Assembly: GCF_009834535.1 (NCBI RefSeq) | Contig: NC_045697.1 | Location: forward strand, 84,260,001-84,324,000 | Direction: 5' to 3' | Source of the DNA: Camelus ferus | Taxonomy: Eukaryota | DNA length: 64,000 nt | Part shown: positions 49,501 to 64,000 of the stretch, one piece after another | How positions within the stretch are numbered: the stretch's first letter is position 1 | Layout of the letters: each line of letters begins with the position of its first letter | The notes under the pieces: generated by a model | The model's input: only the letters and a program-made list of their open reading frames with translations | Databases searched by the model: none | Told to the model about the DNA's origin: nothing | Position numbers and translations under genes: made by a program

Positions 49501-50855
49501 GTTCTGAGAAAATGTTAACATTTTCTAAATGTACTAAAATAAGCTAAGAGAAGTAGGCACCACCAACTAACTACAAGCTCAGGACCAGTGTTTAGGGTGT
49601 TTACCCAAACTTCTGTGATTCTGGGTTGACTAGTCCTGTAAACCAAAATATGGCAGTTTCTCAATCACAAACTCAATCCTGCTAAGCTTTTCTCAGGCTT
49701 AAGATTTCTTACCATATTGCTCCCTCAGTTTAATTTTTGACCCCAATATCAAGGATAGCCCTTTGCTGTTTATACAATTAAAACTTTTCTCTATACTCCA
49801 TTTAACAGAGAGAGAAAAAAAGAGATTCATTCTGTACCCTGTTATCCTACATAGTCATATTTCGCTGCAAGCCAGTGCTCCCACGATCACTTTTTCTTGC
49901 TTTTCTCTTGAGTTTTAAGATGTTAACAGTACAAAGTATGGCTTATAAGGTGAACATAAGGAAGTTATTTTAAAAGGAAATTCAGTGTTCAAAACACTCA
50001 CTGACTCTCAGAAGTGTCCTCCAGCAGAACGTTTACTTCACTGCCAGACAGCCTTGGCCGTTCCATCTCTGGATCACACTCGTCCCTCAGTAAAGTAGAA
50101 AAATCAGTGCTGGGTCTTCTCCCACGGTCTTCCCTGCTTTCCATCAGATAGGGTAGACTGAAGCAACTTTATGGGTAGCCTTTGGATAGATGTACTGCAC
50201 TGAAATGAGAAATTTCTCTCCCACCTGTTCTCTAACAAAATAAAAGCAGATTAATTACATTTTAGCTTTTCTTTACAATATTGCCTTCCAGTACTTTCCA
50301 TTTGTTTCAGAGTTTCAATTTTTTTTTTTTGTTAAAGTAAAACACTGTCGACAAATATACCCCATTCCCCTTAAAATCCACTCAGCCAATGTTTTTCTCT
50401 ATCCTGTGAAGGTTTTAAATGTCACAGAATATATTCAGTTTGCTCCTAGCCTATTTTTGAGAAAGAAAAAATTCCAAACATTCTTGAAAGACTGGTAATT
50501 CAGAAAACACAAAACCAATTATTTAAAGTCCCCAAGCAAAACAAACAAACAAAAACCATCTCAGTGCAAGAATGCAGCTTGTACTTTGCAGTACACAAAA
50601 TATCACAAATAGTGCTGTTACCCAAGTGCTAAGAGTGGGTGTCACTGATAATCTCAGTTCAGTGGCATAAAACAAATATACAGAAAATATGCAAGAGTCC
50701 TCTAAAAACATTTCATGCTATGCTGTCAAAAGTTGTGCAAAAATAAAAATACAGCAGTGGCAGAGTATACACCAAATACAGTACAGTGTATAGCAAAACT
50801 AGGCATACTGCAGAATACACCGTCTGTAAACTTCAACTCTGTGTGAACAGGCCAC
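46590..50855 (-). other. PDE5A: PDE5A long 3'UTR (3' end approximate)
   Basis: Repeat-poor, AU-rich sequence contiguous with the stop codon. AATAAA at 46825-46820. The length fits the multi-kb PDE5A 3'UTR as recalled. Confidence 0.55.
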
Positions 50856-50993
<138 letters not shown>

Positions 50994-52618
50994 CTAAAGA
51001 AAGAAAAAGAAAGTCAATGACTCAGAAGGCAGCCAGGAATGAGCCCTCTCCGCAGGCCTGTCCCAGTGGGCCATGTCGCACCCTTACTTCATGAGCAGAC
51101 CACTGCTGGGGTTTTCACAACCTGTGTGAACATACACACAGATCACTTATGAGTGATTTCTCTTAAACTATATAGACAAAGCATACATGCTGAGACAGAG
51201 AGAGCAAATGCACACATTCCAAAATGACACTGCTGAGCTGGGAGACAGATCTGTGCAGAATCCGCTTTGCAGGAAAATAATCCATTTTGCTTTTATGTAG
51301 TACAGATGGCTCTCCCTGAGTGGTGACTGCATTGAGAGCTGCTTAGTTTTTGTTTTTCTATAAAATGATTTTATACAATGTACTTAAGTAGATTTTTATC
51401 CAAGATTATAATAATAAAGATTAATTTATAACTGTATGTGGCATTATTATTTACCAACTATAGTGCCTTAAATATTTAGCTACAAGAATGCTCACTGCAA
51501 ATTTCTTTGTAATAGACAAACATTGGAAGTGACTTAAATACCCAACAACAGGGTTAGGAATATTACATTTTGCAACCGTTAAAAATGTCATAGAAACACA
51601 TTTGAAACAGAAAGACATACAGTATAATATGGATTGCAAAGCAATTTTTTTAAACGAAAAACATCTAAAAATACAGTATATACACAAAAATGAGGTAACA
51701 GTGGTTAAGTGGAATTTTAAGTGATTTTCTTTTTGCTTCTCTGTATTCTAATTTTTCTCTACAACATATTACTTCTGTAATAAAAGTAAAATGCATATCT
51801 ATAATCTTTCTCTAACAAATGACTTCTGTAATAATAGTAAAAATGCATATTTATATCCATAGAATTTAACAGCAGATTCAAAGAAGATGAATCCTGGCAC
51901 AAATATGAAATGTAGAAAGATGAAAGCTATAATGGGTGATCTGATTGTTATTTTGACTATATTTACAGGAATAGGGGGGAGAAAAATCAAGAGAGACATT
52001 AGTATCTGCAACCAAGGAACTCTTAGGCCAAACCATAAGGAAAGTACCTGCTTTGGAAGGAAGGAGCGATCCAAGGGTGTTGGGGACACTCCTCTGAACA
52101 CACTTCTGCACAGGAGTGAAAAGCAGGTCGCCAAGAAAGGTAGGAGACAGCGGTGCAGAGGCATAACACCTACACCGGATGTTCTTTTGTCCTTTTTCTT
52201 CTGCTGTCTTTCCTGTCCTTTCCTCCTCTTTTTTCCCTCATCAGCCACAGCTTCTTTATTAAATTCATTTGATGACTAAAACCCCAGATCCACATAAGAA
52301 CTGGTCTCTGAGTGCAGTTCTCCCACTACCTGCCTGTTTGGCTGGGACAGACATTCCCTCTCCCTGGGAGAGGGACGTCGCAGAGCCAGTGACTGATCTG
52401 TGAGATGTCTGGGTTAGAAGATTTCTAGGGTTTCTTCTGGTCTTGACAGTCTGTGATAACTCCATGATAGATGTTTTTTTCCCAAATAAGTAAAGCTTAA
52501 GAGTGTCCTGTTTAAACTTTTAAAGACCAGGACAGCATCTACTTTCTGTATTGGGGGCATAAACATCTAAGCTAGTAAACTAGATGTTTTAGGGAGAGTA
52601 TCTTTACCAAAACCCCCA

Positions 52619-52692
<74 letters not shown>
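52619..52692. repeat. (AAT)n microsatellite in the last PDE5A intron
   Basis: About 24 uninterrupted AAT units. Confidence 0.95.
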
Positions 52693-52695
<3 letters not shown>

Positions 52696-53150
52696 CCCCA
52701 GGCCAACAGGTCTATGGAAATGGGAACCTGCAATATTCTTCCACCTTCTTTTAATCCTTATAAAAATGTTCTTAACAATAGTAAAGCCACACTATGACAT
52801 AAGAAAAAGTTACATAATTCTTTTTCCTTATTTAGACTTAGAATATGCTAACACGGAATATGCACACTATACCTCCTTGAGGGACATGAGTTTTCTTAGC
52901 ATTTCCTGCATCAGTTTGCTGGAGCTTATTTACCACACAGTAGGCACCACTCAGTTGTTATACAACATACATTAAAGTTTTTGAGAAACAGTAGATATAA
53001 AATATATTCCTTGGTCAATACAAACAGCATATTCCTTGGCAAAAGAAATCATTCTGATAATTTTACTTCCAGTTTCTTGATTAAGAAGCAAATAATCTCC
53101 TGGTGTTAATTGCTTCAATTTATTTTAGATTTTAATTCATAACATGGTCA

Positions 53151-53333
<183 letters not shown>

Positions 53334-54612
53334 CTAAAAAGCTGCATTGCTAGGTGAGCTGAGGGAGGCCGGATACCTGCCTACCTGCCTCCTTGCCTTC
53401 TTGAGCCTCCTGCACCTCACACCACACCATGCTCAGGAAGGCCCTGGCCCTCTCTCCCTTGTTTGCCGGCTGTGACTTTCCCATACGAGCCCCTGAACTG
53501 ATCGCTGACCTAGAGTCAACTGCTGACCTAGAGTCCGTTGCTGACGTGTATTTGGAGAACACACATGCTTTCACATTGTCTAATGATGTGGAATCAAACA
53601 CTCTTCAGCTTGTGGAAGAAGCCACTGAGGCCACACTTAATTACAACTCAATTCACACGCAGAGCGTTTTGAGTGAAGATTACGCAGGTGTCACTGCTGC
53701 TTATTCTCAGGAGCTCCTGACTGGTGCACCAGATGAGCTCAGCATCTCCACAGGAGGCAAAGAGTCTGTCTCAGTGCTTGTTTAAAATGAAACAAGTTTT
53801 CCATTACCTGTGACCATCACTCTGCTACCCGTCATTTTCTGAGAAGATTCTGAGCTCCTCAAGAAGCTACTACTACATCACAGGAGACTAAATAATTGCA
53901 GAAGGCTAATGAGACAGGACATCCCCAGCTGAGGATGAAGAGCAGCGTGGAGGGAATGGTACACAGGGGAGGGGCAGCTCGTAACCATGTCCCATTTCAT
54001 ATGGGCTCAATAAATGTCCATCTGAATTGAAAAAAAAAAAAAAAGAAGGAAAAGACTCTATGCTTCATTTCCAGGAAAAACTTCTCCAATGGTCTGAGAA
54101 GAATATTCTTCTGGTATCTGACATTCCCTACTCTATGCAAAAAGGCAGTATGTATCAAATTTCTTTAAAATCTGTGCACCCCAGAACAGCAATTCTGGGA
54201 AATTATCCTAACAATATCCTGAAAAATGGCACACAAACATTTAGCAACATAGATGTTTATCAAGTGCTGTTTGTAACGGTGAACTCAGTAAACATTATAC
54301 CTAACAGTAAATTATGGTTACATCTATTTCATGTACCCATTATAAATGATACATAAGAAGGCATCTGTTAGAAAGACATTTAAATGGGAAAAGCAAATTA
54401 CAAAAGTAGGTATGACATGATGCCTCAGAGTCCTTTTTTGTTCTCTGTTATTTGCTTGTTTTCTACAACAAACATGTATAATTCTTCCAGTAAGAAAAAA
54501 GGTTTTAAAAATGATGAGAAACTGCTTTCCTAAGATCTCACAGAAACATGAAAAGAAGTCTACAGTAGAAAATACATATGAGTAATACCTGCCAACAAGG
54601 TCTCATACTTAC

Positions 54613-54687
54613 AGTGGGCTCTATGTTGAGTTCTTTTCTCTCTCTGTCTCCTTGGTCAAAAAATTCAGTCGCAACAAGTTCTGCTAT
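54613..54687 (-). CDS. PDE5A: PDE5A exon ([25 protein letters not shown])
   Basis: Acceptor atttcag, donor gtaagt; 75 nt. Confidence 0.96.
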
Positions 54688-55069
54688 CTGAAATCAATAA
54701 CAGACTAAGTTTTGGTACTTAAAAGCATATCACCCTGTAAAACAGAGACTTTGAATGAGGATAATAAAATCTATCAAATCTGTAGCTTTCAACCACATCA
54801 GTAAAATTAGAATAAAACAGTAATAAGTAACAAATTATATTTCATTTGTTTTAGTGTGTACCTAATCACAAAGGCTAGAGCTGGTAATCTGTAACTACAT
54901 AGAAAAAAGCAACATGTGATTTCAACTTGAGCAGTTAGTGGGGAAAGCACCGCGTACCCCTGTGTATGCATAATCAACGAGATACTTGTCAAGCGCCTGT
55001 TATAGCAGGTGCTTTGAAAAACACAGTATCAAATGGGTCCACATACTGAGACTAACTGATACGTCTTTT

Positions 55070-58000
55070 AAGTTTGTTTTAATCTACCAGTTCCCCCTCT
55101 TCTAATTTTGGTTGTTGTTGAGTAACTGAGTGGTTTATCCTGCAGTTTCCCACTGGATTTTGCTGATGGCTTTCCCGTGATGAAATTTAATGTCTCTCTG
55201 GACCCTGTTATTTCCATACACCAGTAAAGAGAGCTAGACACTTGATTAGATTGAGATTTGAAGTTTTTTTGGCCATGACTATTTCCTAGGCAACGCTGTG
55301 TACTTCTATCAAGGCTACAGAATGCGTGGTTGCCCCTCTCGGCCCCTTCATGATCTTTGCCTAGATTCATTCATTGAGGGGCTGCAAAAAGGTGATGGGC
55401 AATGCAAAGCAAACATTCCTTCTTCCTTTGTAGCTGAAATACAATAAAATTCCCCACATCAATTATTTAGTTACCCTAAAGTTCAATTTGTATAAATAAA
55501 GTAGGAGAAATACTTGATTTTCTCCACTTTAATTACCATTAAAAAAACTTGGTTCTCAAGCATCCACAAAAGATAACTCTGGAAGGTTGTGCTTTATTAT
55601 TTTTATTATTATCTTGAACTCTTGGATTTAAACATACTTAATGCATTTAAATCCTTACTGATGCTCACTGTTCCATTTTGGCCAGTTGAGAAAGCTTAAA
55701 GGTGGCTTCTTTGTTCTCCCGACACAGCTTTATCAGTCTTTGATAGTCTTTCTGCTGTAACACGATGTTCTAGGCTCATCTTGTACATATCCTGATTTGG
55801 AACTGCAATCAGCCATTTCTTCATGTAGGCCTCCTTCCTTTAACCAAGGTATTTAGAAACCTCAGTCTGGGCACTAGTTTCATTTCTTACTACCAGGGTG
55901 ATCGTCATTTTTAAGCCCTTTCAATGGACGGAGCTAAGACACAACGTAAGTTCATACAGTATTTCCTATTCAAATTCAGCACTGCAGGATTTCCACAAAC
56001 CCTTATCCACCATTTTTTTTTTTTTTTTACTCTAGCGAGTCTTTATCTTTCCACTCACACTGAAAAAATCCTACTTCTCAACAATACCAATGTAGTTTCT
56101 CCTTTGCTGTTATCCCACATCACCCACAACGGTGGCTGGATATCTACGTAAAATTACCACTAATATGATTACTGAAGGACAGTTTTAAGGCTTTTTTTTT
56201 TGGTAGTTCTTTTTGTTCTTGGTGTCCATCCCACTAGCGTTACATGGTCAAATTACTATTTTAATGTCACTTGGACAAAACCAGTCCCTCTTAGTGTGGT
56301 TTTGCAACCAAAATCAGGTTTGTTTCATTTCATTTTCAAGATTTAGTGATTTTTTTAAAAAAAATTCAAATTTTGTAATTATGAAAACAATTTACATAGT
56401 TCCTAAATAATGTCTACAAAACAAGTACATGCAAGCAACTCCAGCTTATATGTCTCTGTTCCCTCAATCTTATTCCCTTCTTCCCTGCGGAAAATCATTA
56501 ACTCTTCTGTAGTAATTCCTTATGTTTTTTTTTTTTTAAAAAAAGGAAATATGTACATATACTTTACCCCCTTCTCAGATAAATGGTGGCATACCATACC
56601 CATTTTTCTCTGCCTTTTTTTTACTTAAAAATGTATCTTTATATACTCCATAGTAGTATACAGATAGTGCTCATTTCTTTTTACTGTTGCAAAGAATTCA
56701 TCATGTAAATGTACTACAATTTATTCAATCAGTACCCTATTAATGAACATTTGGGTTATTTCCAGTCTTTGCTATTACAACCAGCACTAAAATGAATAAC
56801 CTTTTGTAAATGTCTTTTTTATATTCTTGCCAGTATATTTTTCGGATGAGATTCCTGGAAGTAATGGTAAATGAATAGGTGTATTCATATACTTCCAAAG
56901 GGCTAAAGTATTTTGTATTCCTTATTTTCTCACAACTTCCCAACAGATTATGATGTAAAACGTTTGGATGTTTGCCAGTTGGACAGTTGAGAAATAGTAT
57001 CTCAGTGCTTTTTTTAAAAAAATGAAGTCGAATTACGTACTGGGAATTTCACAGACTACAGATATACACGTCAGTGTATTGACAAATGCATATAACTATG
57101 TAACATGCACCCACCCAAAAAAACAGAATATTTCTGTCACCCAAGAAGGTGCCCTCAAGCCCCTTGCCAGTGATTCCCTGCACCACCCTTCCTCCCTCCC
57201 CACCCAACTACTGTTCTAATTTCTTCAACTGTCAATTAGTTTTGCCTACTCTAGAATGCCACATAAATGACATCACAGTAAGTATCCCTTTGTGTCTAGC
57301 TTCTTTGCTCAGTATAGTGTTGATGAGACCCATCCATGTAGCTACCTGTTATCAGTGGTCAGTTTCTTTTTACTGTTGAGCAGTGTTCCTCTGTGTGAAG
57401 GAACAGTACTACATACAATATGTTAACCATTCTCCTGCTGAAAGAAGTCTGGATAACTTCTAATTTCCAACTATTAGGAAAAAACTGTTAAGAGAGCCTG
57501 TACAAGTTCTTTTGTGTCCGTGTAGTTTTAATTTGCATCTTTATGACTGAGGTTCTGAGAACCTTTTCAAATGAGTAGGAGTCATTTATTTGCATTTCTT
57601 TTTCTATCAACTTTTTCAAATCTTTGGCCCATTTTTCAGTAGGGTTGTTGGCTTTTTTTTCTCTATTTTTTAGAAGTTCCTTAATATTAGGGATATTAAC
57701 TACCTATCAGATAAAAATTGCATGTATTTTTACCAGTTCCTCATTGTCTTTCTTTGCTATAGTGTCTTTGCCGAGCAAGAAGTTTTATTTTTTCATTTTC
57801 ATGTAACCAAATTTGTCAATCTTTTATTATTTCTGCATGTTGAGCCACGGTTAGGAAAGTTTTCTCACTCCTTGGCTGTAAAAGAATCCACAAATGTTTT
57901 TATTGAGTACTTGTTTGGCTTAATTTTCTACACTGAACTCTATGCCCCATTTGGAATTTAGGTATGCAGAATAGATCCAATTTTGTCTTTTGCCATCTGG

Positions 58001-58230
58001 CTATGAAGATGGGAAAATCATCCTAACATTATTTAGTAAGTAGTCTGTCTTTCCCCCAGTTATTTGAAATGCTATCTTTATTATATATTCAATGTTCTGT
58101 GCAATTCTCAATGCTCTATTCTGTTCCACTAGTCTGACACCAATACCAAACTGTTTAAATTATAGAGGCTTAACAGTGTTGCTTTTTATGTCTGGACCCC
58201 AACTTCATTGTTGTACATTTTCAGGGTTTA
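55070..58230 (-). mobile_element. Old nested L1M-type fragments in a PDE5A intron
   Basis: L1 3'-type text such as AATGAACATTTGGGTTATTTCCAGTCTTTGCTATTACA (about 56745) and TTTGGCCCATTTTTCAGTAGGGTTGTTGGC (about 57625). Boundaries approximate. Confidence 0.55.
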
Positions 58231-59153
58231 CTTCTAAAGAAAGAAAAGGGTAATTGAAAAGACAAATTCTTCCCTTTTCCATCTTCTTTCCTGTTTGGAA
58301 ATGGGCATATAGTCCTGTTTATTATGGAGCAGGAAGGTCTGTAAAGAACACATTTCTCGAGTGTTAATGGCTTACAAGCTTCGGCACACAAAGAGCACAT
58401 TTCTGATCTGGTTTTCTCAGCATGTGTGTTTCATGAGATGAGCCTGTCACTGCTGGGCTCTGTGACTATGCAGCTCAGAGCCACGACCAACAGCAACTGT
58501 CAGTAATCTCAGGTAGTACCTTTAGTATTCAAAATGCAGTCTTGAAAACCAAAAACACAATATACACATCATTGCATGTGTACCCATCCCTTTTTTAAGC
58601 CTAGGACCTTTATTGCCTCTGCAAAATGTTATGGCAGTTACTTATTTAGAGAGAGGATGTATTTCTAGCCTCCTGGCCCACAGGCCCTGATCAGATCCTT
58701 CCTGACATCCTTTATTAACATGTCCTCTAGTTACAAGCCCCAGAAATGTTTGTGTTCTACTTGTTAATGCCATTTAGAGTTGAGGTATAGCCTAGTAGGC
58801 TATCTATAAGAAAAATAAGTGCTTCTTCTAATTTTTAAGGTTACTAAAGGCATGTGTTTAAAAAAAGTCCTCAAGTGAGCCAGAAGTAGTATTACTGGAA
58901 TGAAACTTTATCAACAGCTAGGTTTTTGCAATTTTAATATAGATGATCTTTCTTAACGTATCTTAAAAATATTAAGTGCTATTGATTCTTCTAAAAAAAA
59001 AAAACCTGTTTACGTCCAATTATCTGTTTTTAATACTACCTAAAATTTAGGAAAAAAAAGTTCCACAAATACATCAAAAGCTACATTTAAGAGTAAAGAT
59101 TTTTCTTATTTTGACTTTTTAATTGTGACTTCTGTCGTCACCAAGCAACATAC

Positions 59154-59217
59154 CCGCTGTTGAATAGGCCAGGGTTTGGTAATTGCAGAAAGGTCACAAG
59201 CTGTCATCAGCATCGCT
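59154..59217 (-). CDS. PDE5A: PDE5A exon ((L)[21 protein letters not shown]), containing the metal-binding Asp
   Basis: Acceptor ttaacag, donor gtatgt; 64 nt; phase consistent with neighbouring exons. Confidence 0.96.
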
Positions 59218-61074
59218 CTGTTAAGGGAAAAAGAAGGGCAACAATCCTGTTTACTTTTATGTGAATGAAGCCCTCAGTAGGTAGTTACTAATAAAAAGTC
59301 AAATTAAAACCCTCTAAACTGCAGGAATGGCAGTTTATAAAGACTAAAGAAACAATTTATATAGAAGCAGGACTGATACAGTGATACCACAATGTCACCG
59401 TTTTGGTTACCCAGTGAACTACTGGAATTTGCCCTCAAACTGCCTCATTTAGTTCGACTGGCAGGAGAAGAGAAAATATTAATCTCTGGGCAAAAACTTG
59501 CCTGCTAATATATATTTGTTTACCTTGGTCTTCCATTCTCAGTGACAGTGCAGTGAAAACACACTGATTACTAATAATTAACCATTAAAGGATAATATCA
59601 GATAGCCTGCTCATGAAGGTCCTGTGAGAGCAAGAACCTAATTCACTTGACACATGTAGTGACTCCTGTGTGAAAAGCCTCTGAATTATTAAACAGTATC
59701 TGCTGGAGAAAAAGAGGGAAGTGAAAGGATAGTGCTCTGTACTCCCTCTCTCATCAGAGGAGCTGTAAACCAAGCTGGACTTGAGTCTGTGACCAGATAC
59801 TCTAGAACTCAGTAGTGTGACTATTGTGGAAAATGGTCCTGTGTTTAGTGCAGTGTTTTCCCATGTCAGATCCAAATACCTGCCATCTAATCCTTTTAAT
59901 CTGAAGTAAGAGGCAAAAAGGCCAACACTGTCATTTAGAAACACTCAAGGTTAAGGACCATATCATTGGTCCCTCTAGGGAGACCCAACTTGAAAGTACA
60001 TTCTCACTACCCATCCAAGGCCGCAAAGAAAATGGTTTTCTGCTGCTATTCTATCTCTTACACCAACTCTTTCACAAGTAATGAGTGCCCAGAGATATTT
60101 AAAAATCACTGTTTGGACCCATTTTTATGAAGGGTTTCAATAACACTTGCCAATACAAACTGTCTCCCCCAAAGAAGACTATGTATGCACATATATGAGC
60201 TTAACTTCAGTCTGGAAAGTGAAGAGTGGAAGCGGCGAAGCTGAGCACCACACGTACTGGGCGCTTCTCTGCAAGAGGTCAGAGTTAGGGTGAAGCAGTG
60301 AAAACTGTAGCACAGACTTGGAATTGAGGTCAGACTCCTTTTTTGAGAAAAACTGTCCACAAATCACAGTAGCATGTCTAAGCACTGTTCTGAAAAACAT
60401 GTTAAGACTCAAGTGAAGCATGACTATGCAGAACAGACAGCTGGGCATTTGTATATTGTTTCCTTGTAATTTGCATCTTCTCATGTTAAGTACTATCAGT
60501 CTATTTAAAGAAATGTTGACTACACAGTTGTAATAGAGCACCATCCTTAGTATTGCTATGTCTGTCTTTTTCTGTATTGTTAACCCTTTGTTCTTTTTGA
60601 TTGATCCAGTTCTTGCCATGACAGAGGCAGTGACAGCAGTTAATAGAGGATGGTCCCCATAGCTGCTGGGGAGGGATGGGGTACAGGTGAGAAAAAGCAG
60701 AAACCTTGAAGTTCTGACAGTGCTACTCGGCCATCACACAAAACAAGTAAACACATCACAGCTGCCTTCTCGCTCACACGGTCTTTGGGAGGCTGTTTTC
60801 AGGTCTTCCATTCCAAAGAATTGGGAACATGAACAGGGGAACCTTGTAGCCTTGTGCTGATAACTCTCCACATCTTAAAGGTCCTTTCAGGACAAAAGAG
60901 TGATTTATTCACTTGAATTTGCAAATGCATTTCTTTTCAAGTAAATACTCATATTCAGCCCTTTGTACAATATTCTTGAGAATTCTGACAGCCTCTGAGA
61001 TCATCACATTGTAAGAAATAATTGCAATTAAAGTATTTAGGTAACAAAGCTTTAAGAATAATTATCCTACTTAC

Positions 61075-61152
61075 AAAAACAACTCCTTTTGATGAGGATC
61101 TTCCAAATTGAATTGATTTTTTCTTATAAGTTCAAAAAATTCTCCTCTCCTC
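61075..61152 (-). CDS. PDE5A: PDE5A exon ((K)[25 protein letters not shown](L))
   Basis: Acceptor ttttcaag, donor gtaagt; 78 nt. Confidence 0.96.
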
Positions 61153-61719
61153 CTTGAAAATAAAGAACATATTTGGTAGATACGACGCATCCCCCAAGCT
61201 CTTTTATCCCTTTAGTCTACAAAGACTCATGGAGTAAAATTTGGGGGGGGATCTCTAGTGGATTTTTTCTCATCTTAGAATCCAATATAAAAATCATTTA
61301 AAAATTTTAATACCTCACTTTTCTCTCTTCTACCATATTCTTTGGTTGAAACATTAAATTTCACCTCGTCTTTAACTACACATCACAAATGATGGTAGTT
61401 TCAATTCTTGAACACAATTTTAAGAAAAGGAAGCAAGATGAGTTAAATATTTGTTGCCGAGAATAATTTAAGGAATTTTGTGTATGGAATAGTAAGGTCT
61501 GCATGGTTTCAGTTTAACTTCACAGCTCTCATTCACATTGTGGGGCACAGGGAAGTGTTCATCATGGTCACTCTGCATCAGGATGAGGCTGTGAAGTGCT
61601 TCTGAGCAAAGACAGACGAGTCAAGTGTAAACTGATATCCATTCAGTGTATAGTGGATACCTCCGTGTGCCCAACATTATTAAGCATCTTGAGAAATTAT
61701 AAGACATAAGTTCTTTTCA

Positions 61720-61849
61720 GTTTGTTTGTTTGTTTGTGGGGGTAATAACTAGGTTTATTTATTTTATTTCATAGTGGAGGCACTGGGGATGGAACCCAGG
61801 ACCTCGTGTATGCTAAGCAGACACTCTGCCACTGGGCTATCCCCTCCCC
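61720..61849 (-). mobile_element. tRNA-derived camelid-type SINE (Vic-1-like)
   Basis: Minus strand GGGGAGGGGATAGCCCAGTGGCAGAGTGTCTGCTTAGCATACACGAGGTCCTGGGTTCCATCCCCAGTGCCTCC plus an A-rich tail. Confidence 0.8.
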
Positions 61850-62974
61850 ACCCACCTTTTCACAGTGTTTCAAATCTAGTCAAAGACACAAGACAAACAT
61901 GAGAGAAACTTACATAACAAAACTGACTCTGCGATTGAATACCAAAAATGAAAACAGGTTTCAGAAGGGCTCAGAGGAGAGACCTATGTGGCCTGAATAG
62001 GCTGAGAAATCTTTGTGATTACAGGTATTTTTTAAATTCTTTGTAATTTGATAACCTTTATTCTGTAATTATTTTGAATAATCTGAAATTTACTATAGAT
62101 ACATTTTTACCCTAATTAACTTTAAAGTACTCTAAAAATCCAATGAAACAGACTCTTTTAGATGCAGTTACTTTTGGGTGTACAATAGTGGATATCTGGT
62201 ATGTGTTTCTGTGTGTCTGTTCTATTTGTTTTTACTTCTCAGAAGAGTGGCTAAAACCATAATGTGGATCCTTGTCCAGAGGGAGAGAGGCCTGCATTCC
62301 AGGGAAATCCCGTAAATGTGACAGCCTGACTCCCCTGACCCCCACACATGCAGCAAAGATCTCCATCGCTACGTGGGAAACGAATGTTCGCCCCAAAGCA
62401 GCAAAGTCTGTCCTCGTTTTTAGAAAGACAGTTTAATTATGCAAATACATATATATTACTAATACCACTCTGATGCATACTTTAATTTCTGAATCATTAA
62501 CTTCATTAATTAAAGTTCTGAATTAATACTCCTCCTCTGCCAAAATCCAATAAAAGAAACAAGATTTACTTGTCTGGCACCCGGCTCCTTTTCCTGCCCA
62601 CATAGGCTTGGATGACAGTATAAAGGAATTGTGAAATGGTCAGAAATTGGGGGAGTGAAGGAAAGGAGGAAAAGCAAATGGCCTATATAATCTTTGGATT
62701 GGCCAACCAACTTGGAATGACCTTGAGATGGTTATTTGCTTTGCACATAGCTTCAGAGACAGAGCAGTGGATAAACATCAGAAATAACTCTATTCTGTAA
62801 TTTCCAGTGTTAAGTAAGGCGAAGGAGTAGACTTTTCTGGCCATAGTCTGATAAACAGCTTTGCCAGGACATTTGTCCTTATAACTTAAGAATATCCCAG
62901 TGCAGATTTTTAAAGTTGGAAACAATGCAAACACATCCAGGACTTATTTATCTCAAGATATTTCTTAAAACTTA

Positions 62975-63190
<216 letters not shown>

Positions 63191-64000
63191 TTATATAAAG
63201 TAAATACCATGAAATAACATTTGCTCTCTATGCTCCCACCCCACGGCCTTATCATATAAGAAAAAACAGCTTTATAAGAATTCATCAGCCTAAGTACATG
63301 TGTTATCCCGTCTCTTCTACTCCTTAGGCCTTAGTCCAGGCCTAAAATCTAAGAACTATGTACCTCCATCCTTTGGGCAGGTTAACTGCTATTATCTGAC
63401 AGCATGTGAAACTTCGAAAACTCAAAAAGTGTATTATAGTAGTTGTGAAGAACAGAGTGATGAAATGTTTAAAATATTGATTTTTTAAAAGAGTAATTTC
63501 TCTATGGCTTTTGTAATACATCCAATAAGACTTTTGGTGCATTTTTGTATAATTTTCACTTACTATAGAAAACTTTGTATTCCTTAGGAACATGCCAATA
63601 GACAGGTAGAGGGCATGAGCCAATGGTGTGCCTTCGGGTGCAAGGGTTGAAGCATCTATGAGGAGTATTTAAAAGGCAGCTAATCCATGTGCAAATTATC
63701 TAAAGTGTTTGCTATGTAACCATTTTTTATTTCTTACCTGTAATTTAAATTACAGTGGCTCTCTAATCTTGAACTAAGTAAAGCACACCTCGAGTACTCA
63801 GAATATACTAAAAAACGACATCCGTAAATTGATTCAGATGTACTTCCTAAAGCTCAGGGCTGAGAAAAAAGCCCGGAGGCTTAGAAATGGGATCTGGAGG
63901 CAAAGGATTTGTTCTGAAGAAAGGAAACTGCTTCAGTGTGCTGCGCTGGGGCCAAAACACTGGTTAGCACGGATTACTAGACACTGAAATTGTGGCACGT

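Noticed and set aside
51799..52279. Antiparallel 149-aa and 130-aa ORFs in the last PDE5A intron
   Set aside because: Low-complexity purine/pyrimidine bias, no recognisable homology, and no convincing splice sites.

Overview
This is mammalian genomic DNA, most likely camelid, judged from two tRNA-derived SINEs resembling the camelid Vic-1 family and matching L1 3' ends. It is syntenic with human 4q26. Three host genes lie on the minus strand: the first coding exon and CpG-island promoter of C4orf3 (ALN, another-regulin, a SERCA micropeptide; 7-212), the complete 4-exon FABP2 gene (15668-18991, 132 aa), and the last six coding exons plus the long 3'UTR of PDE5A (about 46.6-63.1 kb). The most unexpected element is a decayed MER34-group endogenous retrovirus directly upstream of C4orf3 (884-4700). 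It has a 3' LTR, a full-length but stop- and frameshift-ridden env that aligns along its length with HEMO/ERVMER34-1 as I recall that protein, an integrase remnant, and a leader/protease block in the opposite orientation. The rest is ordinary interspersed repeat (L1, L2, MIR, MaLR/ERVL LTRs, hAT/Tigger MITEs) and microsatellite. I found no intact novel gene system. Repeat family names and cross-species comparisons come from memory of consensus and protein sequences, not from database searches.
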